The notes under the pieces are model-generated. The model did no database searches, had not been told where the DNA came from, and was given only the letters and a program-made list of their open reading frames with translations. Made by a program: the position numbers and the translations under genes. Positions 1 through 16,999 of a DNA stretch of 64,000 nt are shown here, piece after piece (the first letter of the stretch is position 1; the number at the start of each line of letters is the position of its first letter). The stretch comes from the human T2T-CHM13v2.0 reference genome, Homo sapiens. The stretch lies in NCBI RefSeq assembly GCF_009914755.1, contig NC_060929.1; one strand, given 5' to 3'.

Positions 1-61
1 AGGTTTTCTGATCCACTGATCCATTTGGTCCTTCAGTGACCCCTTTGGCGCTGATAGAATC

Positions 62-673
<612 letters not shown>

Positions 674-906
674 TCAGCTCATAGAATCTTTAGAGAAGAA
701 TCTTTGTAGGTGGGATGATACGTGCTTCTGGACATCATGTGAATCATCATATTTCCAGCTTTTAAGCATATTAATGAGGATTTGAACAATGTCTTAAAGC
801 AGGAGTACTGTTTTATTATGAAAGAAGCTTCCTAGTTGACAAACTTTTCATACAGAGTCAAACTTCATTCTAATGGCAATAATTATTATATTATAAGAAA
901 CTGGGG

Positions 907-1223
907 GGCCGGGCATGGTGGCTCACGCCTGTAATCCCAGCACTTTGGGAGGCCGAGGTGGGTGGATCACGAGGTCAGGAGATCGAGACCATCCTGACTA
1001 ACACCGTGAAACCCCATCTCTATTAAAAATACAAAAAATTAGCCAGGCATGGTGGCGGGCGCCTGTAGTCCCAGCTACTCGGGAGGCTGAGGCAGGAGAA
1101 TGGTGTGAACCGGGAGGCGGAGCTTGCAGTGAGCCGAGATCGCGCCACTGTACTCCAGCCTGGGCGACAGAGAGAGACTCTGTCTCAAAAAAATTAAAAA
1201 ATTAAAAAATTAAAAAAAAAAAA
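907..1223 (+). mobile_element. AluY SINE
   Basis: Full-length, A-tail, TSD aagaaactggg. Confidence 0.95.
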
Positions 1224-1634
1224 GAAACTGGGATCATGTTGAATTTGCCTGAAACAAATCCAAGGAGTTAGATTGCTTCAGAGGTCACCTGATAGAAATA
1301 GCTCATAAATTCCCTAGGAGTAAATCACTCTTACTAGGCCTGAAGACATGCTTCAAGTCAGAATGTGATAGTAATGATTCACTCTGGGATTTCATTTCAA
1401 GCCACAGGAACTAAAAATGCAAGTACAGTTCCCAATGCGAAACGCAACCTGTAATCTTAATCCATTTAACTTCCTCAAATTGCTGTATTACTCAAAACAG
1501 CTGATTTCTTCATTGAGCATAGATGAATTTCCTCTGTGGCAAATGTCACCATCTGACCCAAGGATATGTCTAGGCCCTCCTTACCACCTGTGAGCTCTCC
1601 TTCAAGGAAAGGCCGTTGAGCAAGCCCAATTGGT

Positions 1635-1990
1635 CTAGTTAAGAGCCTGTGCTTTGGAATCACTTAAGAGCCTGTGCTTTGGAATCAGATTACCTGTGTT
1701 GGAATCTACCAATATGGCTTGGTAGGAGCGTATTTTTGGATGTATCTCTTAACCTTCCTAAACTACAATTCCCTCAACTGGAAAATGGAGAAACAATAAT
1801 ACTGACGTCATAGTATCAGCAGTTGCACAGGATCTAGTATAAAGGTGGTCAGGTATAAAAGTGGTCAATAAATATTAGTTCTTATTTAAGGAGGTAATAT
1901 TATAATGGTTAAGAGGAGGATTTTAAGGCCAAATTGTCTAGTTCGAATCCCAATTCTGCCACTTACTTTGTAAAAGTTACCTAATCACTT
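1635..1990 (+). mobile_element. MIR fragments (two)
   Basis: gttaagagc...ggaatcaga, gttcgaatccc...ctgccacttact and aaaatgg MIR core motifs. Confidence 0.6.
1639..1687. repeat. Tandem duplication, 25-bp period
   Basis: ttaagagcctgtgctttggaatca occurs twice, identical. Confidence 0.95.
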
Positions 1991-2004
1991 GGGGCCAAGG
2001 TTGA

Positions 2005-2367
<363 letters not shown>

Positions 2368-2558
2368 AGAGGCTCCAGTTTTTAAAGAAAAAAGGACAGC
2401 TCCGGAAAAGGGATTGAATGCAAAAGTTGTTCATCAGGAGTTCTCATTAGTTTACAGGAATAACACTGAATAGTGATTGGCTATACATTGCTGAACTGTA
2501 GGCTATGAGTTATGGTGTCCAGGATATGGCATTTTTTGGCTCCTTTGTGTCAGTCTAG

Positions 2559-2924
<366 letters not shown>

Positions 2925-3413
2925 TCACATTTCAAATGCCTCTCTGGGCATGATAATTTAAAGGGGCTTGCATGCCTCAGATGCAAATTTCTTTTTCTTT
3001 CCCATAGCACACTAGGAGAGAGTACAAATGAGGCCCACCTATTGTGTTTTAAATACTTAGAAGTTGTACATCAAGTTAAATAACTCTTAAATAAAATGTT
3101 TTCTGTTCTCCTATCTTGACAAATATACCTTCATAGCAAACTAGGTTCAGGTTCAAATGTAGAATTTTTAGAGTTCCACACCAGAGGTGGGAGGAACAGA
3201 GGGAGCCAGCCCCTGGACACTGGGTCCTGGCCTCCAGCTACTTCTCTTACCCAGCTTCTTCCTGCACCCAGCCCTAGTATCCAGGGCTCCCCAGCCCCCG
3301 TCCCATACACATACCTGTGGTAACAGTGTGCTACCTGGAAATCTCCAGGGAAGTGCCAGGTAGATGCTCTGGAAGTTGGTGTGCGCTCTTTCGGCAAAAG
3401 AAATTCCAGAGTC

Positions 3414-3717
3414 AGCCGGGCACAGTGGCTCACGCCTATAATCCCAGCACTTTGGGAGGCCCAGGCGGGCAGATCATGAGGTCAAGAGATCACGACAATC
3501 CTGGCCAACATGGTGAAACCCTGTCTCTACTAAAAATACAAAAGTTAGCTGGGTGTGGTGGCACACGCTTGTAGTGCCAGCTACTCGGGAGGCTGAGGCA
3601 GGAGAATAGCTTGAACCAGGAGGCAGAGGTTGCAGTGAGCTGAGATTACGCCACTGCACTCCAGCCTGGTGACAGAGTGAGACTCTGTCTAAAATAAATA
3701 AATAAATAAATAAATAA
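3414..3717 (+). mobile_element. AluSc-like SINE
   Basis: gtcaagagatc; (taaa)n tail; TSD aattccagagtc. Confidence 0.93.
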
Positions 3718-3751
3718 TTCCAGAGTCCAGGAATGCATTCTGAAGTGGAGT

Positions 3752-4129
3752 ATTATGGACTAAATGTTTGTGTCCCCCAATATTCCTGTGTTGAAGCCCT
3801 AACCCCCAGTGTGGCTGTATTTGGAGATAGGGCCTCTAAAAAAGTAATTAAGATTAAATGAGATTATAAGGATGAGGTTCTGATCTCATAGGCTTAGTGT
3901 CCTTATAGGAAGTGACATCAGAGAGCAGTCTATGCACAGGCACTGAAGAAAGGCATGTGAGGACAGTGAGAAGGGGTCACCTGCAAGCCAGGAGGAGGGT
4001 CCTCACCAGAAATGGACTATGCTGGCACCCTGCTCTTGGACTTCCCAGCCTCCAGAACTGTGAGAAATACACTTCTGTTGTTTCAGCCACCCAGGCTGTG
4101 GTACTTTGTTATGGCAGCCTGAGCTGACA
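3752..4129 (+). mobile_element. MLT1A-type MaLR solo LTR
   Basis: tatggactaaatgtttgtgtccccc ... ccagaactgtgagaaa ... ttgttatggcagcc. Confidence 0.8.
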
Positions 4130-4719
4130 GTGAGTGTGGGGCTGGTTCCTGGGGGACACACCCCTGCAGACTCCTTGGTCTGTGAGGAAGAAAGGCAACC
4201 AGAGAAAAGCTAGAGTCTCCTCTAAAGAGCAGGCCTTGGTGTAGGGACCCCCTTGAGCTGCAAGGACAGAACAGCTCTTCAAAGGTGCTCAGGGAGAAGT
4301 GGAGAAATGTTGAATTTCATGTATACTTGGCCTGGGCAGACAGACTCAATGTGGAAATTTAAGCCAAGAACTAAGTGGACCTGACAGTTATGGTCACAGG
4401 CTGTTTGGCTAGAAATTATCTTAGAGGTCATCTAGCCCTCATACAGTTAGAGAACAGAACTCCAGGGACTTTCCAAAGGTTGAACAGAAACTTGTTGAGA
4501 TCATGGCTCTCTAAAATCTCAGGCATATACCTTTGTATGTGTTAGGTTATAAAAGTTTCCCAATTTGTGGATTAACTTTCAGAGGCCTGCTGAATTTGCT
4601 AGGAGGAGAACTTTGAAGAATGCATTAAGAATTCTTGCTTCACTGCAGGCCAGAGCTACTTGTGTTTGCCTAACCTGGAGCTGATGAAACAAAGCATCTG
4701 GTTAAAAAATTATACATAA

Positions 4720-4834
4720 GGCCGGGTGCAGTGGCTCACGCCTGTAATCCCAGCACCTTGGGAGGCCAAGGCAGGTGGATCATGAGGTCAGGTGTTCGAG
4801 ACCAGCCTGGCCAACATGGTGAAACTCCATCTCT
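4720..4834 (+). mobile_element. AluS left monomer only
   Basis: Alu 5' half ends at ...ccatctct, directly abutting the next Alu. Confidence 0.9.
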
Positions 4835-6110
<1,276 letters not shown>

Positions 6111-6183
6111 AGAAAGTATAAACATATCTTACTCAGGCTTTGCCTGTGCTTATCCAATGAAATTATTTTTAAGACAGAAAGCA

Positions 6184-6786
<603 letters not shown>

Positions 6787-6816
6787 TCATTGGCTTTTTC
6801 TCATTATAAAAGACAT

Positions 6817-7123
6817 TTTTGTTCTGTTTTGTTTTGTTTTTTGAGATGGAGTCTCGCTCTGTGGCCAGGCTGGAGTGCAGTGGTGCCATCTCAGCTCACT
6901 GTAACCTCTGCCTCTGAGGTTCAAGTAATTCTCCTGCCTCAGCCTCCCGAGTAGCTGAGACTACAGGTGCGCGCCACCACACCCAGTTAATTTTTGTATT
7001 TTTAGTAGAGATGGGGTTTACCATGTTGGCCAGGCTGGTCTCGAACTCCTGATCTCAAGTGATCTGCCCAAACTTGGCCTCCCAAAGTGCTGGGATTACA
7101 GGCGTGAGCCACTGTGCACAGCC
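6817..7123 (-). mobile_element. AluS SINE
   Basis: Antisense Alu with (ttttg)n tail. Confidence 0.93.
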
Positions 7124-7418
7124 TTGTTTTGTTTTTGAGACAGGGTCTTGTTCTGTCAGCCAAGCTGGAGCACAGTGGCACTATCATAGCTCACTCCAGC
7201 CTTGACTTCCCAGGGTCAAGTAATCCTCCTGCTTCAGCCTCCCAAGTAGCTGGGACTACAGGCATGCACCACCACACCTGGCTAATTTTTAAATTTTTAG
7301 TAAAGAGGAGGTTTCGCTATGTTGTCCAGGCTGATCTTGAGCTACTGAGCTAAAGTGATCCTCCCACCTTGGCCTCCCAAAGTTTTGAGATTACAGGCAT
7401 GAGGCACCATGGCTGTCC
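7124..7418 (-). mobile_element. AluJ SINE
   Basis: atcatagctcac, gatcctcccacc J features. Confidence 0.9.
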
Positions 7419-7614
7419 AATAAATATTCTTAACATGATTATCTATTTCTAATTCTAAGATCCTTAGAATTGATTCTTAGAAGTGGAGTTACTATGAAAG
7501 AGCCTTAATACTTCAAGTCAAATTGCTTTTCGAGAGGCATTACCATTAATTCCAGCAACAGCAGTGTAGAATAGTGCCTGTTTCACTACGTCCTCCTGGA
7601 TAGACTCTTGCCTA

Positions 7615-7830
7615 TTAGTGTAGCACTGGGATCTGACTTCTGAATCAGCCTGTCTAGAATTGAATTCCAACTCGACCACTTCCTAGCTGTGTGGATTGGG
7701 AAAAGTTGCTTAGCTGCTCTATATCTTGGTTTATCTTTGTTCAAATGGGCATAGTAATACTGCCTACTTCATAGAGTTATTATGAAGTTTAAAATAATAT
7801 ATTACAGGTACTCAATAAAGGCTAGTCTAT
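7615..7830 (+). mobile_element. MIR within an old L1M-like antisense fragment
   Basis: ccacttcctagctgtgtg ... aaatgggcatagtaatac ... ctacttcatagagtt. Confidence 0.65.
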
Positions 7831-8162
7831 TACATTAATAAAATTATCTTCTAATATGACATGTGAAAAACTGTACTTCATTGTTGCCTTAAATTGCATT
7901 CTCTAATTACTACTGATTATAAACTTTAAAAATGTTTATTGGCTAATTTGTGTGTGTGCATGTCTGTGAATTGACTATTCATTTCCATTGACTTCTCCTA
8001 ATTGTGGCTGGTGTTTTCTTGTTATAGATTTGTTGGAGCTCTTTATATATTGACATTAATCTCATGCATGTCATATACACAAGTAGTTTTCACAGTATTT
8101 AATTTGCTTCTAATCTTTATGATTTTGGGGGTTATATAAATGCTTAAATTTCTATGTAGTGA

Positions 8163-8495
<333 letters not shown>

Positions 8496-8552
8496 TCTTT
8501 GGCTTTTTTAATTGCTTTTTTATTTAGAAATCCAGCTCTCTTCCCAGGTTAG

Positions 8553-8697
8553 TTTTTTTGTTTTTGTTTTGTGTGTATGTGTGTAGAGACTAAGTCTCGC
8601 TATATTGCCCAGGCTGGTCTTGAAACCCTGGTCTCAATCCTCCCACTTCAGCCTTGCAAAGTGCTGGGATTACAGGCATGAGCCGCCATGGCCAGCC
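8553..8697 (-). mobile_element. FLAM-like Alu monomer
   Basis: Left-arm-only antisense Alu with its own tail. Confidence 0.8.
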
Positions 8698-8799
8698 CCA
8701 TGTTAGTTTATAACACATAATTTATTATTCATAAATTGAATTTTTACATAGTCTGAAGTTTGTTTTGAGGTTCCCTAAAAGATTCCATTTTTAATCAAT

Positions 8800-9010
8800 A
8801 CTACTTTAATTATTCTAGGTTTAGAATAATTAAATAGTTAATTAAATAATAAATAATTAAATAAAATTATAAATAGTTAAATATTAACTGTTAATTAAAT
8901 TACGGTTTATATATTTACATTTTCTTAATAATATATCATTTATTATTAATTATAATTCTAAATTAAATTATAAATAGCTAATTACACTATAGTTAATTAA
9001 ATAATTAATA
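8800..9010. repeat. AT-rich low-complexity tract
   Basis: Almost only A/T; recurring taaatagttaa and ttaattaa. Confidence 0.85.
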
Positions 9011-9066
9011 CCTGATAGCCTTTTTTTAAATATTTCTTAAAAATTCTTGAATGCTTATTCTTTCAG

Positions 9067-9374
<308 letters not shown>

Positions 9375-9661
9375 TCTTTCAGTTTATTAAGCATCGACAG
9401 ATGTTAACATCTTGACAAGATGTTAAATTTTAACATCATGTTAAGTTCCCACACGTGAATTTTTTTTTTTTTTTTTTTTTGAGACAGGGCCTTGCTCTGT
9501 CACCCAGGCTGGAGTGCAGTGGCACAATCTCGGCTCACTGCAGCCTCTGACTCCCTGACACAAGGGATCCTCCCACCCTAGCCTTTTGAGTAGCTGGGAC
9601 CACAGGTGCAAGCCACCACACTTGGTTAATTTTAAAATTTTTTGTAGAGATGGGGTCTTGC

Positions 9662-10950
9662 TGAGAGGTGGCAGCGTGCTGGCAGTCCTCAGAGCCCTCG
9701 CTTGCTTTCGGCACCTCCCCTGCCTGGGCTCCCACTTTGGTGGCATTTGAGGAGCCCTTCAGCCCCCCCCACTGCACTGTGGGAGCCCCTTTCTGGGCTG
9801 GCCAAGGCTGGAGCCCACTCCCTCAGCTTGCAGGGAGGTGTGGAGGGAGAGGCACGCGCGGGAACCGGGGCTGCGTGCGGTGCTTGCGGGCCAGCTGGAG
9901 TTCCGGGTGGGCATGGGCTTGGTGGGCCCCGCACTCGGAGCAGCCAGCCAGCCCTGCTGGCCCCGGGCAATGAGGGACTTAGCACCCGGGCCAGTGGCTG
10001 CGGAGGATGTACTGAGTCCCCCAGCAGTGCCGGCCCACCGGCGCTGTGCTCGATTTCTCACCGAGCCTTAGCTGCCTTCCCGCGGGGCAGGGCTTGGGAC
10101 CTGCAGCCCGCCATGCCTGAGCCTCCCACCCACTCCATGGGCTCCTGTGCGGCCGGAGCCTCCCCGACGTGCACCACCCCCTACTCCACGGCGCCCAGTC
10201 CCATCGACCACCCAAGGGCTGAGGAAAGCGAGCGCACGCCGCAGGACTGGCAGGCAGCTCCACCTGCAGCCCTGGTGCGGGATCCAATAGGTGAAGCCAG
10301 CTGGGCTCCTGAGTCTGGTGGGGACGCGGAGAGTCTTTATGTCTAGCTCAGGGATTGTAAATACGCCAATCAGCACCCTGTGTTTAGCTCAAGGTTTGTG
10401 AGTGCACCAATCAACACTCTGTATCTAGCTGCTCTGATGGGGCCTTAGAGAACCTGTGTGTCGAAACTCTGTATCTAACTAATCTGATGGGGACGTTGAG
10501 AACCTTTGTATCTAGCTCAGGGATTGTAAACACACCAATCAGCGCCCTGACAAAACAGGCCTCTGGGCTCTACCAATCAGCAGGATGTGGGTGGGGCCAG
10601 ATAAGAGAATAAAAGCAGGCTTCCGGAGCCAGCATTGGCAACCCGCTCGGGTCCCCTTCCACAGCGTGGAAGCTTTGTTCTTTCGCTCTTTGCAATAAAT
10701 CTTGCTACTGCTCACTCTTTGGGTCCACGCTGCTTTTATGAGCTGTAACACTCACCGCGAAGGTCTGCAGCTTCACTCCTGAGCCAGCGAGACCACGAAC
10801 CCCCCAGAAGGAAGAAACTCCGAACACATCTGAACATCAGAAGGGACAGACTCCAGACGTGCCACCTTAAGAGCTGTAACACTCACTGCGAGGGTCCGTG
10901 GCGTCGTTCTTGAAGTCAGTGAGACCAAGAACCCACCAATTCCAGACACA
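9662..10950 (+). mobile_element. LTR12C (ERV9/HERV9) solo LTR
   Basis: Starts tgagaggtggcagcgtgctggcag, ends ccaattccagacaca; 4-bp TSD ttgc; CCAAT/gtatctagct repeats. Confidence 0.95.
10280..10640 (+). promoter_or_regulatory. LTR12C U3 enhancer/promoter: CCAAT (NF-Y) boxes, GC-box, GATA, TATA-like aataaaa
   Basis: About five ccaat motifs; gggtggggcc-agataa-gagaataaaa at about 10589-10614. Activity is inferred from family knowledge only. Confidence 0.7.
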
Positions 10951-11067
10951 TTGCTATGTTGCCTAGGCTGGTCTTGAAATGGCCTCAAGTGATCCTCCTG
11001 CCTCAGCCTCCCGCAATGCTGGGATTACAGGAATGAGCCACCACGCCTGGCTGACAAATCTTTTAAA

Positions 11068-11405
<338 letters not shown>

Positions 11406-12583
11406 CTTAAATTAGATTTGACTTAAAGCTACATATTAATTTTGTTTTAGGAACATGGAATATTTCTTCATTTATTACAATTTTATTTTTTAAAGTTTTG
11501 CCAGTTTGCTGTTGTTTTTGTGGTTGTTTTCACATAGGCATACTCATTTCTTGCTAGGATTATTTCTGTAGTTTTAAATATTTTTGTATTATATTTGGGC
11601 TTATTACTCCTATTAGGTTGTTTAACTTACTGATGGTATATGGAACATTTATAGATTCCTGGATATTTTGTATTTGATGACACTGAAGAACTTTCTTAGG
11701 AATTCTGAAAGGCTTGTAGTTGAGCCACGCTGGGTTTTCTGAGTGCATAATCCAATCATCTGGAAAAAACATTAATCTTTTCCAAATCATTATGTCTCTT
11801 ATTTCTGTTTCATGAGTATTTTTAGTTGCTGAAAATGTGTGAAAAGTGCACTGTCTAAAGCAATCTCTTTTCTGCTCTCTTCACTCCTACAACAAATACA
11901 GTGAACTGAGGATGAGGTTGGGGGAGGGGAAGAAGGAGAGGAGCAGGGCTGGTGCTTATCTGGGAAGCGCAGAAGATGTCTTCGGGCTGCAGGCAGCAGT
12001 TTCTGTAGATCTAAGTGCTGGCCAGGGGCTTCCCAAGGCAGCTGTGGTCTAAGCTACTGATTTGCTGTATCAGCGATCTGCCACCTTCCTTCCCCTTGTT
12101 TTCTTGCCCTCTGCCTCAGCCTTGCTCCTCTCTCCCCAACCTCCCTTCTCAGCTCTGCTCCTCTCTGTCTGCTTCCTCAGTAGGGATATGGCAGTGGCCA
12201 CAGCCTCTGCACTGAGGAGAGAACTTGTCAACATGTTTTTTGCTCCAGTAGGAGCTCGTTCATCTGTGGCCAAGATCAGACCTTGGCTCAGTGGCATGGG
12301 CTGCTTAGTGCACCTACCCTGATGTAATTCCTCCCTCTGTCCATCTTCCCTGCTCCCACCTTCCTTTGAGCCATCATCAGCTATCACCTTGACTCCTGCA
12401 ATAACTTTCTAAATGGCTCTCCTCCAATACATTCTTTTCACAGGGCAATATTTTAAAAACATAAATCAGAATACACTCCCTTATTAAAAACCTTTCAGTG
12501 ACTTCCCATAGCACTTAGAATAAACATAAACTCCTTAACGTGGCCCTGTGTGATTGGTCTCTTCCAATCTCTCGTAGCCTCTT

Positions 12584-13957
12584 TTTATTTATTTATTTAT
12601 TTATTTATTTATTTTTTATTGATCATTCTTGGGTGTTTCTCGCAGAGGGGTATTTGGCAGGGTCATAGGACAATAGTGGAGGGAAGGTCAGCAGATAAAC
12701 AAGTGAACAAAGGTTTTCCTAGGCAGAGGACCCTGCGGCCTTCCGCAGTGTTTGTGTCCCTGGGTACTTGAGATTAGGGAGTGGTGATGACTCTTAACGA
12801 GCATGCTGCCTTCAAGCATCTGTTTAACAAAGCACATCTTGCACCGCCCTTAATCCATTTAACCCTGAGTGGACACAGCACATGTTTCAGAGAGCACAGG
12901 GTTGGGGGTAAGGTCACAGATCAACAGGATCACAAGGCAGAAGAATTTTTCTTAGTACAGAACAAAATGAAAAGTCTCCCATGTCTACCTCTTTCTGCAC
13001 AGACACGGCAACCATCCGATTTCTCAATCTTTTCCCCATCTTTCCCCCCTTTCTATTCCACAAAACCGCCATTGTCATCATGGCCCGTTCTCAATGAGCT
13101 GTTGGGTACACCTCCCAGATGGGGTGGTGGCCGGGCAGAGGGGCTCCTCACTTCCCAGTAGGGGCGGCCGGGCAGAGGCGCCCCTCACCTCCCGGACGAG
13201 GCGGCTGGCCGGGCGGGGGGCTGACCCCCCCACCTCCCTCCCGGACGGGGCGGCTGGCCGGGCAGAGGGGCTCCTCACTTCCCAGTAGGGGCGGCTGGGC
13301 AGAGGCGCCCCTCACCTCCTGGATGGGGCGGCTGGCCGGGCGGGGGGCTGACCCCCCCACCTCCCTCCCGGACGGGGCGGCTGGCCGGGCGGGGGGCTGA
13401 CCCCCACACCTCCCTCCCGGACGCGGTGGCTGCCGGGCGGAGACGCTCCTCACTTTCCAGACTGGGCAGCCAGGCAGAGGGGCTCCTCACGTCCCAGACG
13501 ATGGGCGGCCAGGCAGAGACGCTCCTCACTTCCCAGACGGGGTGGCGGCCGGGCAGAGGCTGCAATCTCGGCACTTTGGGAGGCCAAGGCAGGCGGGTGG
13601 GAGGTGGAGATTGTAGCCAGCCAAGATCACGCCACTGCGCTCCAGCCTGGGCACCATTGAGCACTGAGTGAACCAGACTCCATCTGCAATCCCGGCACCT
13701 CGGGAGGCCGAGGCTGGCGGATCACTCGCGGTTAGGAGCTGGAGACCAGCCCGGCCAACAAAGAGAAACCCCGTCTCCACCAAAAAAATACGAAAACCAG
13801 TCAGGCGTGGCGGCGGCTGAGGCAGGAGAATCAGGCAGGGAGGTTGCAGTGAGCCAAGATGGCAGCAGTACAGTCCAGCTTCGGCTCGGCATCAGAGGGA
13901 GACCGTGGAAAGAGAGGGAGAGGGAGACCGTGGGGAGATGGGAGAGGGAGAGGGAGA
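12584..13957 (-). mobile_element. SVA retrotransposon (SVA_D-like), full domain order
   Basis: T-rich tail, SINE-R (gatcattcttgggtgtttctcgcagagg...), GC-rich VNTR about 13115-13560, Alu-like domain, (gggaga)n hexamer end. Confidence 0.96.
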
Positions 13958-13973
13958 AATAGAATCTTAATTC

Positions 13974-14071
13974 TTTTTTTTTTTTTTGAGACAAAGTCTT
14001 GCTGTGTTGCCCAGGCTGGAATGCAGTGGTGTCGTCTCGGCTCACTGCAACCTCCGCCTCCAGGGTTCAAG
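13974..14071 (-). mobile_element. AluS 3' fragment lying inside the SVA's TSD
   Basis: Poly-T plus about 85 bp of Alu right arm. Confidence 0.88.
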
Positions 14072-14484
14072 CATAGAATGTCTCTCATAGCCTCTTGTAC
14101 CACCTCTCCTCTTGTTCTCTGGAACACCGCTCTGTCTTCTCTTCTGTCCCTGGAACATACCAAGAGTGTATTCACCCTAGAGCCTTTGGACTTGCTACTC
14201 CCACTGTCTGGAACATCTTCTCCTAGCCCTTGGTGTGTGTGTGCCTCCTCATTATTCAGGCCTCATATGCAATATCCATATTCCCACCCTTTCTGCTCTC
14301 AGAGTACCCTGTTTGTGTTCTTCATGGCATTTACCATAATCTGTAATGATCTTGTTTATTTGTTCACTTATTTGTGTCTTTGCCACCTGGAATGTAAACT
14401 CTATGACAGCAGATAATTTTGTCTTGTTTACTTCTGATTTCCTGGAATCGAGAACTGTGGCACATAGAAAACACTAGAAAAATA

Positions 14485-15173
14485 CCGTTTTTGCCTGGGT
14501 TCCCTCAATAAAATAGTCTGTTATCAGGGGTTGCATGCATTTTGGGAAGTGAATCATGCAAGAGGAATGAGGTTGGGGAAGTAAAACAGTGAAGGAGGGA
14601 AGGCCAATACAGATATCTGTTGTAAGTGGTCACTGCAGTGGACTACTCAAGACTGGATTGTGATGATGGGCATCTTCTGTGAAGCCATGTGTCTAAGAAC
14701 TGTGCATTCTAGGGAGAGTGGAAGGTGTATCTACCCACCAGATTCTGTTTCAGCTTTGAGTCAAGGGCTTACGTTTCCATGGATGCATGTAGGACCAGCG
14801 ACATGATTTGCAAGGCCCAGTGCAAAATAAAATTACAGGTCATTGTTCAAAAAGTATTCATAATTTCAAGATAGAGATAGTAGAGCCCTAAACCAAGAAT
14901 GAGGCTCATCTGAGCACAGAGTCCTGTGCCACTACACAGGCCTCGTGCCCTTGCCCTCATGCGCTAGGCCAGGCAGGTTCTTGCAGCATCCCACTGATGT
15001 CAGAGTGTCAGAGAAGCCCCAGAGCATGAGAGCTGGAGTGAAGAAGCATGGCTGAAGTCAGGTGCTGTCACGTTACACCTGTAGGAAGCAGGTTGCACAG
15101 CAGTGGTTGGAGCAAAAGGTGGACTGAGAGGATGTCAGGCCTTGTCACTTGAGATAACAAGATATCCAAAACA
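14485..15173 (-). mobile_element. Old ERVL-type LTR (LTR33-like)
   Basis: ctgggttccc ... ttgggaagtga ... gaaggagggaaggccaata ... gatatccaaaaca; from recall only. Confidence 0.35.
14791..14960. mobile_element. MER45A-like hAT-Tip100 fossil
   Basis: ggcccagtgcaaaataaaa ... ttgttcaaaaa ... atttcaaga ... aaaccaag ... cctgtgc. Confidence 0.65.
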
Positions 15174-15336
15174 ATAAATGAGTTTAGAGTTTCTACGGCT
15201 TACTGTCATTTGCCAAAAATTCCAGAAGATTTAAATGGTAATTTTGAGAGTAATTACTCTTGTAGTTTTGATGATGCTAATGGATGGAACTCTTGTGCTT
15301 TCCCATTGAGTATGATCATGGTATTGATTTAAATGA

Positions 15337-15683
<347 letters not shown>

Positions 15684-15696
15684 TAAGACAACTTAG

Positions 15697-16217
<521 letters not shown>

Positions 16218-16999
16218 TATTGATAGCAAACGACACTTGTACATTCTACCAATGGTAAAATTCAAGTCTTTACTTCTGTTCAGTCTCTCTGTGAGCTCCA
16301 CTAACTCAGTAAGTTATCTCAAGCCTGCTTTATTTTAAGGCAATGGATTCTAGATCCAGGAAAAAAAGTTCCATTTCCCTATCTTGTGTCCAAGGCAGAC
16401 ATAGCTAATTGACCATGGCATTTTTATTTTCTCTGAGTTTAGAAGTAGCTTTGTCATCTTTCTCACAGTGAGGATCTGGAAAGCCACTACTCGTTGAGAG
16501 GGGGTAACAATAAACTCATATTTATTGAGGGCTAACTGCGTGCCAAGTACTTTAAGTTACATTAGAAGTAAATCCCAGTCCCTCCAACCACACAGATCTG
16601 CATTGTCTTCTTTGTGTTGGGAACCAAGATACTCTTCCAACTGGGTTGGATGTCAACCTGCTCAGCCACCTCCATGGGACAGACCAATCAATCATTCAAA
16701 GGACAAAGGAATTTATTTCTCCCCTCACAATATTTGACAAAACTTAAAACACTGATCTTTCCATCTTCATTCCACTACAATAATTATATGTTCATAATGG
16801 AGACTGGACATGGGGAAAGCAAAGTAAAAGAACATTTACTACGTGTCGATGTCAGCGCTGTGCAGGATGCTTTAGACATTTTTGTCATTTAGCAGCTATA
16901 GGAACCACATGGACAGGATATATAAAGCATCTTTAGTTTGTCCTTTTCTGCTGTGCCTCACAAGAAGTGAGTAATTAATTTTGTCAGAGGGTGTTTAAT

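Larger units (their letters stand above)
9460..11052 (-). mobile_element. AluJ split by LTR12C (9460-9661 and 10951-11052)
   Basis: Halves rejoin as ggggtcttgctatgttgcctaggctgg. Confidence 0.92.
12320..14480 (+). mobile_element. L2 fossil split by the SVA (12320-12583 and 14081-14480)
   Basis: aaaacctttcagtgacttcccatagcacttagaataa; gaatgtaaactctatga..cag L2 3' motifs. Confidence 0.65.

Noticed and set aside
1803-1810. Full CRE tgacgtca and scattered AP-1 tgactca sites
   Set aside because: Isolated 7-8-mers at about chance frequency, with no supporting cluster.
9702-10346. 214-aa ORF and overlapping ORFs
   Set aside because: They lie within the GC-rich LTR12C U3, where stop codons are rare in several frames; no protein similarity recognised.
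13115-13560. GC-rich repeat array as a CRISPR-like array or CpG-island promoter
   Set aside because: It is the SVA VNTR: tandem units with no unique spacers.
12781-14416. ORFs of 100-185 aa
   Set aside because: Translations of SVA SINE-R, VNTR, Alu and L2 sequence.
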